A DNA stretch of 63,850 bases, counting the filler, from Octopus bimaculoides (lineage: Eukaryota): assembly GCF_001194135.2 (NCBI RefSeq). It is 7 parts of 6 records of this genome, joined end to end, with 100 filler letters (N's around TTAATTAATTAA, not from the genome) between each part and the next. Parts side by side here need not be neighbours in the genome. Positions count along the whole stretch, not along the records: positions 21,477 to 28,489 come from NC_068983.1; positions 28,590 to 38,495 come from NC_068981.1; 5 more parts are not named here. One strand, written 5' to 3'. Below the pieces are notes generated by a model that was not told where the DNA came from, ran no database searches, and saw only the letters and a list, made by a program, of their open reading frames with translations. The position numbers and the translations under genes are program-made. Numbering within the stretch: the first letter of the stretch is position 1; every line of letters begins with the position of its first letter. Below are positions 24,920-35,800 of the stretch, one piece after another.

Positions 24920-25105
24920 TTACGGTATGATAAATGTGAATCTATAAGTCCACACCATACCATGGTATGATAAATGTGAAGCTATCCATCCACACAGTAC
25001 CACGATATAATAAATGTTAAGTTATCAGTCCACGCAATACCACGGTATGATAAATGTGAAGCTATCCGTCCACACAGTACCACAATATGATAAATGTGAA
25101 GCTAT
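24920..25105. repeat. 40-bp minisatellite, ~4.6 copies
   Basis: Unit ccacggtatgataaatgtgaagctatccgtccacacagta starting at 24920, 24960, 25000, 25040 and 25080. Confidence 0.9.
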
Positions 25106-25481
25106 GCATGCTGTCATACAATCATGTTAATTTTAACTATTTCTCTGTAGACTAAAAAATTTATGAAAAGTTTTAATCAATAAGTAAGATGTCCACGTAA
25201 AAGTTAAAAGCATATTGCAAATGCATTTTTGTCAGTCACTTTTCTTCATTCTCACAAATTTTAAACTTTTCTTCTGGTGAAGGACAAACATCTAAAACGT
25301 TAAGATTTTTCTATTCATTTAAGCATTAAAAAAAAAAAACTTTATCAGAGAAAGAAAATCAATCCTTTCCACGGAGAGATTAAAAGATCACAAAATTTTA
25401 TATTTTAAGCAAATTTGTTCTGTTAAACTTTGTGTAATTTAGAGAAAATTCATGCAAACCCCCAAAAGGTTAATTCATTAG

Positions 25482-25648
25482 TTCTTTCTACTGGAAGCAC
25501 AAGGCCTCAAATTTGGAGGAAGAGATTGAGTCGATTACATCGACCCAAGTGCATAACTGGTACTTATTTAATCGACTCCAAAACGATGAAAAAATGCCGC
25601 TAAGCATTTCGCCCGGCGTGCTAACGCTTCTGCCAGCTCGCCACCTTG
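25482..25648 (-). mobile_element. SINE family A (internal deletion)
   Basis: Head (ctgccagctcgccacctt) and tail present, B-box region missing. Confidence 0.75.
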
Positions 25649-26855
25649 GTTAAATCATTAATAATGCACAAATTAGCAGTTTGGATATGTTAAACGGTTT
25701 CTATAATTGTTATGCAAATTAGACAAACTCATTGAGCTAAGTACTATTTTATATATAGACTACGCAACTATGAGCTGATAATGTTTCTGTAGATATTGCA
25801 ATAAAGGGTAAAAAAAATAATTGGAAATCTTCGCGTTGATCGTAGGTTTTCTGTCCATAGAAACATGTCAGAGAGACGTTGTGTCCATATGTATACATTC
25901 GTAGGGAAGCTGAAAGAGCTGAGTATGTATNNNNNNNNNNNNNNNNNNNNNNNNNNNNNNNNNNNNNNNNNNNNNNNNNNNNNNNNNNNNNNNNNNNNNN
26001 NNNNNNNNNNNNNNNNNNNNNNNNNNNNNNNNNNNNNNNNNNNNNNNNNNNNNNNNNNNNNNNNNNNNNNNNNNNNNNNNNNNNNNNNNNNNNNNNNNNN
26101 NNNNNNNNNNNNNNNNNNNNNNNNNNNNNNNNNNNNNNNNNNNNNNNNNNNNNNNNNNNNNNNNNNNNNNNNNNNNNNNNNNNNNNNNNNNNNNNNNNNN
26201 NNNNNNNNNNNNNNNNNNNNNNNNNNNNNNNNTATATATATATATATTTAATCATGTATGTGTATATACATCAAAATTTACATACATTCTATATATATAC
26301 GTTGTTTATTTTTATTGCAATTACTGTCATCCTCCTACCGTACCACACACATATTCTTCATATTGTCAACTCTAAAAGCAGACTAGTGGCGGGAAATTGC
26401 TTCGTTGTTCAAAATGATTTTTTCCCATTTACATTGCGTAAACTAATTATGGCTTAAAAGACTCGCGTCTAAAACTCACATCATTTCTCTTCACTAAATA
26501 TACAACGAAGTTTCCTTTAAATCTTCGTTATTTTGCTGATTTTGATAAAAGTTCACAATAGCCTATTATCGATTCATTTCGCCTTCAGCTTAGTCCTAAA
26601 TGTTTCTTCTAAATATTATCTCAGAAAGATCCGAAAAGCTTTATGGAATGATGATTGGACATTGACGAACGCTGGCTGGAAACAGTTTTGTGTGCAGTGT
26701 GAATGAGGATATAGAATATTATGAATATTTTTTTCTTAGCCTCAGGTGAAGACTTGGTCGAATTTACTGATAATGAAAGTGTTCGAGCCCATGATCAACG
26801 TGTCCTTTATGTCTCTTCTTCTACGTATAGAGCAACTATAAATATATTATCTAAT

Positions 26856-27320
26856 ATGGGCACCGACGTGGCTGTGTGGTAAGAAGCTTGCTTGCCAGCC
26901 ACATGCTTCCGGGTTCAGTTCTACAGCATGATAACTTAGGTAAGTGTCTTTCACTATCGCCACGGGGCCGACCAAAGCCTTGTGAATGGATTAGGTTTGA
27001 CGGAAACTGAAAGAAGCCTCTCGTATGTGTGTATATGTGTGTATGTAAGAAGCTTACTTGCCAGCCACATGATTCCGGGTTCAGTCCTACAGCACGGCAA
27101 CTTGGGTAAGTGCGTGTATGTGTATGTTTTATGTGTGTATGTATGTGTGTGTGTGTGGTTTTGTGTCTGTTTGTCCCCATCACCGCTTGACAACTAGTTT
27201 TAGTGTGTTTACACTCCCGTAACTCAGCGGTTCGGGTAAGGGCCCGATGGAATACATATCAAGCATTTATAAAGAAAAAAAAATGCCAGGGTCGATTCAT
27301 TTGATTAACCCACATTAGCT
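26856..27320 (+). mobile_element. SINE family B with duplicated head
   Basis: Two gtggctgtgtggtaagaagct..gccagccacatg..ccgggttcagt head segments (about 26868 and 27045), then body. Confidence 0.8.
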
Positions 27321-27449
27321 CACTGTCTTCGTTTGCAGACAATTGTATTTGGTTTATTTACTGCAATAAAGGTTAGCTGGACACTTCCGTATGTTTGATA
27401 GACGAGAAGGAAGACAGCACAAAAAAAGTAAGGAAGAAAGAAGAAAAGA

Positions 27450-27815
27450 TACTCTTTTACTCTTTTACTTGTTTCAGTTATTTGACTGTGGCCATGCTGG
27501 AGCACCACCTTTAGTCGAAAAAATCGACACCAGGACTTATTCTTTGTAAGCCTAGTACTTATTCTATCGGTCGCTTTTGCCGAACCACTAAGTTACAGAG
27601 ACGTAAACACACAAGCAGCGAATGCCAAGCAATGTTGGGGGGACAAACAGACATATAAATACACACATATATATATACATATACATATATACGACGGGCT
27701 TCTTTTAGTTTCCGTCTACCAAATGCACTGACAATGCTTTGGTCGGCCGGGGGCTATAGTAGAAGACACATGCTCAAGGTGCCAAGCTACCTACCACAGA
27801 ACCACTCCTGTGCCT
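27450..27815 (-). mobile_element. SINE family B
   Basis: Complete body with an internal TA tract at about 27655-27690. Confidence 0.8.
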
Positions 27816-27819
27816 ATAG

Positions 27820-28259
27820 ATATATATATATATGAATAACGAATGAATGTATAAAAAGAAGGAGATACAGCGATAGAAAGAAAGGGAGAAAGAAGACAGA
27901 GAGACAAAAAGAAACAAGAAAGTGAAAAAGCAAATATAAAGAAGTGAATGAATGAGAGAAATAAATAATGGAGATAGGAAGATAGGAAGAAAAAGTAGAT
28001 AGAAAGAATAAAGAAAACGAGAAAGAAGAAAAGAAAAAAAGGAAGAGAAAGTGAGAAGTAAATAAGTGCTGAAGGAAATAGAGAGAAGGAAGCTAGAAAG
28101 ACGAAATACACTTCAGAGACAGAAAAAGAAAGAAGAAATGAATACCGGTAAGGAGAGAGAGAAAGGGAGAGAGAGAAATTGAGAGAGAGAAAGGGAGAGG
28201 GAGTGAGAGCATGAGAGAAAGAAAGAGAGAGAGAAAGCAAGAGAGAGAAAGAGAGAGAA

Positions 28260-28310
<51 letters not shown>

Positions 28311-28385
28311 CAGAGAGAAAGAGGGAGGTAGAAATGGAAAGAAATTATATACGGATATAAATTTTTAAAATTAAGAAAAAAGAGC

Positions 28386-28428
<43 letters not shown>

Positions 28429-28490
28429 GAGCAGACAAAGAAGGAGAGAGAGAGAGAGAGAGAAAAAAATCATATAAAGATTTAGATAAN
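27820..28490. repeat. Purine-rich (GA/GAA/GATA) low-complexity tract
   Basis: Strong strand purine bias with (GA)n and (GATA)n runs. Confidence 0.9.
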
Positions 28491-28589
28491 NNNNNNNNNN
28501 NNNNNNNNNNNNNNNNNNNNNNNNNNNNNNNNNTTAATTAATTAANNNNNNNNNNNNNNNNNNNNNNNNNNNNNNNNNNNNNNNNNNNN

Positions 28590-28636
<47 letters not shown>

Positions 28637-29414
28637 TATATACACACACACATATTTATATCCTAATGTTTACATATAGACACGTGTGTGTATGTACGTG
28701 TGTCTGTATTTATACATATGTTATTATAATTCATTTATTTCATCGTGTAGCCATATGACAGCCAATTTATTAGTAAATGGTGTCATGCCGAAAATGAAAA
28801 GGTAAATTCAGCAACCATCAACTATGGATGAATGGAATTAAACGACCCGGATCATATTTTCCATATTTTCCATACTCGCATATCTAATGATTGATGAGTT
28901 TGCCTCTATTTTCGGCATGAAACCATTTTGTAATAAAGTGACTGTTATGAGACTATTATATATAAATAAGAGCACTTTAGTGCATACATACATACACACA
29001 CAAAACAAAGCAGTTTAAATCTTCGTGTGAGTGTGTGTATGCGCGCGTATATGTACATGCGCACGCATTGCAACTATCTTTTTTCTCGTTTGATTTCATT
29101 GCATAGGAAATCGGAGTAAATGACTTCTAGACTATCCTCGAGTTGATCATATATTGTAAAAATATCGTAGCTGAAAACTGCCTGGAAACTTTTTGTAAAT
29201 GCATACATACATACATACATACATACATACATGTGTGTGTGTGTGTGTGTGTATTCTTTCATTCTTTCATTTCAGCCATTTGATTGCGGCCATGATAGAG
29301 CACCGCCTTTAGTCGAACAAATTGATCCCAGGACTTATTCTTTGTAAGCCTCGTACTTATTCTATCGTTATCCTTTGCCGTACCGTTAAGGTGTAAACAC
29401 ACCTAAATCAGGCG

Positions 29415-29457
<43 letters not shown>

Positions 29458-30854
29458 TGTGCTTGTGTGTGTGTGNNNNNNNNNNNNNNNNNNNNNNNNN
29501 NNNNNNNNNNNNNNNNNNNNNNNNNNNNNNNNNNNNNNNNNNNNNNNNNNNNNNNNNNNNNNNNNNNNNNNNNNNNNNNNNNNNNNNNNNNNNNNNNNNN
29601 NNNNNNNNNNNNNNNNNNNNNNNNNNNNNNNNNNNNNNNNNNNNNNNNNNNNNNNNNNNNNNNNNNNNNNNNNNNNNNNNNNNNNNNNNNNNNNNNNNNN
29701 NNNNNNNNNNNNNNNNNNNNNNNNNNNNNNNNNNNNNNNNNNNNNNNNNNNNNNNNNNNNNNNNNNNNNNNNNNNNNNNNNNNNNNNNNNNNNNNNNNNN
29801 NNNNNNNNNNNNNNNNNNNNNNNNNNNNNNNNNNNNNNNNNNNNNNNNNNNNNNNNNNNNNNNNNNNNNNNNNNNNNNNNNNNNNNNNNNNNNNNNNNNN
29901 NNNNNNNNNNNNNNNNNNNNNNNNNNNNNNNNNNNNNNNNNNNNNNNNNNNNNNNNNNNNNNNNNNNNNNNNNNNNNNNNNNNNNNNNNNNNNNNNNNNN
30001 NNNNNNNNNNNNNNNNNNNNNNNNNNNNNNNNNNNNNNNNNNNNNNNNNNNNNNNNNNNNNNNNNNNNNNNNNNNNNNNNNNNNNNNNNNNNNNNNNNNN
30101 NNNNNNNNNNNNNNNNNNNNNNNNNNNNNNNNNNNNNNNNNNNNNNNNNNNNNNNNNNNNNNNNNNNNNNNNNNNNNNNNNNNNNNNNNNNNNNNNNNNN
30201 NNNNNNNNNNNNNNNNNNNNNNNNNNNNNNNNNNNTATATAAAATATATATATATATATGCATACATATATCTATATGTATACATATATATACATGCATA
30301 TATGGGTACAGGACGTCACCAACAGTAAATAACATGAAATACGAAAATAAATGAGTTCAATATGCAAACAACCAGAGATAGAAATGGAAAACAGGACAAG
30401 TAACACAAAGAACGACCTTTCATCAGTTGTAGACTGTCTATCTGCTCCTCATTTCGAGCATTTGAACGACAATATGACTTTCCGAAGACAATTGCTCCCA
30501 TAAATACCAAGATAAAATTTTGGATTTATGGAGGGTCAAAGTTGGGAACAAAAACAGGACTGTAGAGACATACAAGTAAACCAAACGAAAACAAACATGG
30601 ATGGTCATTAGACCCTCCATGCGTGTGTGTGTTTGTGTGTTTGTGTGTCTGTGTTTGTCCCCCAGCATCACTTGACAATCGATGTTGGTATGTTTACATC
30701 ACCGTAACTTAGCGGTTCAGCAAAACAGACCGATAGAATAAGCACTAGGCTTACAAAGAATGACAGTCACTTTATTACTAAATGGTTTCATGGAGATTCA
30801 TTAGATCAGAATGAGAGTAAAATAGCGAACGCTGAATAAATATTTTCACGAATG

Positions 30855-30917
<63 letters not shown>

Positions 30918-31178
30918 ATGTATGTATGTATGTATGTGTCAAATGTATCCAAATTTTAAATTGTGCAATTTATATCAGATGCGACTCAGAATCATGATCT
31001 AGGTTGTTTGGAGCTGGAAAAAATTGCTCTCCGAACAGAAATATTTAAAGGGCCAAAGAAATCTCTTAGAAAGCAGAAATCCTCAATGTAGATCTACAAG
31101 TTCAAATTTCATTTTTAAAATATTGGCTCTTCTGAATTCCATAAAAGTTTAATGACATACTACCTGAGATTGCACAAT

Positions 31179-31578
31179 GGTGCTTGGTGATTGGTGGTTG
31201 TCACTCCGTCGCTTACGACGTCGAGGGTCCCAGTTGATCCGATCAACGGAACAGCCTGCTCGTGAAATTAACGTGCAAGTGGCTGAGCACTCCACAGACA
31301 CGTGTACCCTTAACGTAATTCTCGGGGATATTCAGCGTGACACAGTGTGACAAGGCTGACCCTTTGAATTACAGGCACAACAGAAACAGGAAGTAAGAGT
31401 GAGAGAAAGTTGTAGTGAAAGAGTACAGCAGGGTTCGCCACCACCACCTCTGCCGAGCTTCGTGGAGCTTTTGGCGTTTCCGCTCAATAAACACTTACAA
31501 CGCCCGGTCTGGGAATCGAAACCGCGATCCTATGACCGCGAGTCCGCTGCCCTAACCACTAGGCCGTTGCGCCTCTAC
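31179..31578 (-). mobile_element. Full-length tRNA-derived SINE, family D, with 13-bp TSD
   Basis: Head ggcgcaacggcctagtggttagggcagcggactcgcggtcataggatcgcggtttcgattccc (A and B boxes). TSD gagattgcacaat at 31166-31178 and 31579-31591. Confidence 0.9.
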
Positions 31579-32092
31579 GAGATTGCACAATAACAAGAAA
31601 TCAATAGACAAGAATAGGAAAGTAATTCTATTATATATTATAGGGCTTTTGAAATTTCGGAAAATATTTATCTCATAAAAACCCCTCCATCTTAGTGTTA
31701 TGCGGGGGGGGGGGGAAACCGTGGAAGAATATCATATTTCTCTTTATAAGCGTTAGATATACTCATTTGAGGGTTTCTACTGCTTCTCGCAAATTATTTC
31801 ATAGCAATCATTCATATCTCCACATATTCTGCATCTCTGTCTGACTCTACTCAATATGATATGCATCGAGTATAGAGCAAATGGCGGAAACAGTTCGTTA
31901 TATTGACATTGATTTAAACGAGACAAGATTTATTTTAAGAGTGTTTTCATAAATTTTTCTGATAACAATGGAAAGATGCTTAAAACACGATGAGAGTAAT
32001 TTTGGATCATCTAGTAAAATTGTTGATAATAATGCTGTTCTTACAGCTGGCTCTGAAAATGGTGTTCAACTGAGTTTAAAAAAATAATTTTC

Positions 32093-32236
32093 CCCATTAA
32101 CTCAGTTTTATCGACCTCGAGAGGATGAAAGGGAAAGTCGACCTCTGCGGAATTTGAACTCAGAATGTAAAGACATACGAAATACCGCGAAGCATTTCGC
32201 TCAGTGCGCTAACGATTCTGCCAGCTCGCCCCCTTT
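32093..32236 (-). mobile_element. SINE family A
   Basis: Head, B-box and partial body. Confidence 0.8.
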
Positions 32237-33277
32237 ATAGTAGCATATTAGCATAGTGTTGTATATATATATTTAGATATATACATATATACTTATATCT
32301 ATTTGTATGTTTGCTTGTGTGTGTGTGTGTGACACGTTGGTTAGTCTTATTTCCCATAGCCTAGAGTTGACCTATACCTTATGCATAAAATTGAGCGGAC
32401 AGATATTGTATAGAAACTTGCTGGACGGACTGTATCTGTAATTTAACGATTCGGGCTTGTTACACGGTGCTTCATTGGAATAGGTTCTCGAATTACATAT
32501 AAAACTATAGATAATAGCATGTGAATGTAGGGTTGAAAAACCATTTTGGATATATGTGTGCGCGTGTGAGTGTGTACGTGAAAATAATAAAATTTCGAAG
32601 AAAATTTTGATGTGTGTCAATATGTAATTACACGAGTCCTACACTTTCTTTTTCATATGAAATTCCGATATAATCGTAATTTACACGCTCTAAAAGGATT
32701 TTGCTGAAAATTTCATCAAAAAATACTCATTGTTCTGAAAGATACAAAGAATCAAAACTGACTCGTGTGAATTTTTCCAAAACTCCTTACCCCGCCATCG
32801 GATAAAAATTTAGCCACAAATTCCAATATAATCGAATTCTGCACTATCTGAAGAGTACTTGTAGAAAATTTTGTTAAAAAATATCCATTTTTCTGGAAGT
32901 TATGAGGGAACAAAGTCAGGGAGGAATACTTATATAGGTATGCTCAAACAGCAATAACACAGTCACACACACTCACACAGTCACACACACACATGTACGC
33001 GCGCACTCACACGCACACACCACATACACGCACAAGCATTCACAAACACACACACGCACTAACTCACGCATGCATACGTACACCTCACGGAGACATACAC
33101 ACGTGCACACAAAGAAATGACAAGTCTACGCATTGACTTGTACATTTTACTCGTGCTGCCTCCAGCTTTGAATTTTAAATATGAACAATGAATTCTATAT
33201 TTAAGAGATGAGGAATTATGTACATTATTTACATTATTTACATTTGACGGATATTTGTCCTCATCTTGTTTGTTGTT

Positions 33278-33323
33278 AACACAACGTTTCGGCTGATATA
33301 TCCTCCAGCTTTCATCAGGTGTC
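33278..33323 (-). ncRNA. Minimal type I hammerhead motif, antisense copy (stem II base mismatch)
   Basis: Reverse complement GACAC-CTGATGA-A-AGCTG(gaggatatat)CAGCC-GAAAC-GTT-GTGTT, with A.C at the 10.1-11.1 pair. Confidence 0.65.
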
Positions 33324-33373
33324 TTGGGGAAAATTCGAACTTGGGTTCTCATTCCTAAGGTATTTTTCGATGC

Positions 33374-33411
<38 letters not shown>

Positions 33412-33579
33412 TCACTGCCTGGAATCGAACTCGGAATCTTGGGGTTAGTAGCCCGCGCTCTTAACCACTGCACCAGTTCGATTCTAGGCAGTGGCCAATA
33501 ATAATAATAATGATAATAATAATAATATCATCGAAAAAAAACCTTAGGAATGAGAACCCAGGTTCGAAATTTCCCCCAA

Positions 33580-33625
33580 GACACCTGATGAAGGCTGGAG
33601 GGTATATCAGCCGAAACGTTGTGTT
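33580..33625 (+). ncRNA. Minimal type I hammerhead ribozyme motif
   Basis: GACAC-CTGATGA-A-GGCTG(gagggtatat)CAGCC-GAAAC-GTT-GTGTT: stem I, core, stem II and a palindromic AACGTT stem III. Predicted cleavage after GUU (33620). Confidence 0.8.
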
Positions 33626-35015
33626 AACAACAAATAAGATGAAGACAAATATCCGTCAAATGTAAATAATGTAAATAATGCATGAACAATGAGCATTCAA
33701 AAACAGACCAATGGAAAAAAATGTATTGAAAACAAAACCGTCAACTTGACTGAAGAATACACTGAAATGAGGACAAGGAAAAAAATTGACCTAACTTTAT
33801 CTTACAAAGAAAGAGACAACCTTTTTAATACTTTCAAAAACAGCGACTAAAGGAAGTACTAGCGGACATCTGGGGTAGCATCTTATGCATTACGGCAAAG
33901 CTTACCTTACCTTCTGCTTGGCAGTCAGTACCAAAGATGAAACTCGAAGACAAGCAGAATTTGTGCGCAGTGTACTTATCGATTGTGTTGTGTCTCAGTA
34001 TATGGAGTAGTATAATATAACAGTCCCACTCAGAGGTACAGCAAGTGTTATTAACCTCTGGTTTGGTGTTGCTTTCATAAGCAATATGGATGGGTGTTTA
34101 ACACACAAGTATTAAGAATTGATATGTGGTCGGAAGGGATCAGCAAAGATTTGCAAGTTCTTATCACCTTTCAGAACCACAACGTTAATCTGGGGCTGTG
34201 TCCTTTTGTTGATGGAGAATCTAAAGCAATACCACTGACAATATATGCAGAAAATCCTTCGGTGGTTTTTTGCCACAGAAGTGTAACAGCAAAATCCACT
34301 TGAGGATTTTCTACCCAGAAGAACTGGAAAAACGAAGAAAACTACTGCTCTAGAAGCATTACCAGACTAACCACTGATTCCGACCCTTAAGTGGCCGGAA
34401 AATCAGCTTTGTCCTCGTCCTTGTCCAGAGTTGATAGAGAAAGCCACTTTGTGTTCGGTAGCAGAAGTACATCATGTCAAAAACTCCACTAACAGCACCA
34501 CCCACCTACTTATGAGGATGGGAATCAAATGCCGTCTGAAGCCAGTGGGCAAGAAAAAGAAGAGAAAAACGTTAAAAAATCAAAGATAGCCCTTTCAGAA
34601 ATTTTCTGGGAAACTAGAAGAAAAGCCTGAAGTCTGGGACTCGTGCATTTTCACCGTTATCAGAGGCGATAATAGAGGACAGCTCAAATTGCTTTACGAC
34701 CTGGAGACAACTCAGCTGATCTATGTATGGGTGGAACAGTGCAGGAATTGATTAAGTATAACCTTAAGTATGTTGAGGATCAAATACTGTAAGATATTTC
34801 TGCCTGAAGATATAGGTCTTTTTTTTTTAGTTTTATTTGAAGAACCAAATCAAGAGATGACGAATGATTTCGGGGATCCAATCTCTGCTGCAAGAGCAAA
34901 CACATCTGGCTCCACGTTTTCATATACCTTTATCCAGTCCACGCATATTGTAAACCTCATGTTCTTTAAAGTTCACTTTACTGTATCTATTTTTTCGAGA
35001 TCTTGTAGCTAATAA

Positions 35016-35056
<41 letters not shown>

Positions 35057-35452
35057 ACGTGATGGGCTGGCATAATTGTTTGACGCCATTACACTGTGTG
35101 CGTTCTTACATTTGAATGCCCCCGCGACATTCAAAAACGAACATAACGGGAGGAGTATTTCAAAAATAGATGATTTACAGTAAGCCTGGCTGAAGAGCTT
35201 TAAGTATATTCATACAAAAAACGAAATCAATTTATCCCGGACCATCTGTATTCCTTACTTCTGTAGTTCATACAAGGTAGCCTATTTCTGTTATATTCGT
35301 TGCATTTGCCGTGTGTATATTAATAGTGAGAAATTTGTGGTTTTAGAGCGATAACTCTGTTTATAGCAAGTGGTATTCTAATACCCTACGAAATTTTGTT
35401 TGTATATTTTACCTATATAGGTATAAACTTGCTAGCCACTTTGTTGTTGTTG

Positions 35453-35535
<83 letters not shown>

Positions 35536-35800
35536 GCCTTTGCACAGCTTCTAACGTTGGAGATGTATTAGAGTGTCAGCTGTTCACTACCAGTGAACTA
35601 AGATAACACCCCTTATTCTTTGAGCGTCTTCCGGAGTATTCGAGCGGTTCCAAGCAGTGCTCTTTTCTGCAAGTGCTCCGCCCTTATTGCAGCCCCTATT
35701 TGTTCCACGTACTTCTCGAGGTTTTTACTCACTGTTCCCAGGGCTCCGACAATTATTGATACTACTGCTGCCTTTTTTAGTTGACTACAATGGTCATTTA
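35536..35800 (-). mobile_element. 3' end of R4/Dong-like LINE (RLE C-terminus + UTR) followed by (AAC/AAT)n
   Basis: VVSIIVGALGTVSKNL...LQKRALLGTARILRKTL* and the same 3'UTR as 191-296. Confidence 0.85.

Larger units (their letters stand above)
33192..33681. mobile_element. Palindromic tRNA-headed, hammerhead-containing retroelement (two inverted copies) with 11-bp TSD
   Basis: Arms 33223-33372 and 33529-33680 are about 94% reverse-complementary by manual comparison. Inverted AAT tracts, central tRNA-like head, TSD atgaacaatga at 33181-33191 and 33682-33692. Confidence 0.88.

Noticed and set aside
24920-25105. CRISPR-like regular repeats
   Set aside because: Units are contiguous with no unique spacers, no cas genes are present and the context is eukaryotic.
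30380-30480. GAAA...CTGATGA permuted hammerhead candidates here and at about 62640-62730
   Set aside because: Core halves are present, but I could not build consistent stems I-III.
31503-31575. Genuine tRNA gene
   Set aside because: Continues into a SINE body and is bounded by a TSD. The acceptor stem and anticodon arm are imperfect.
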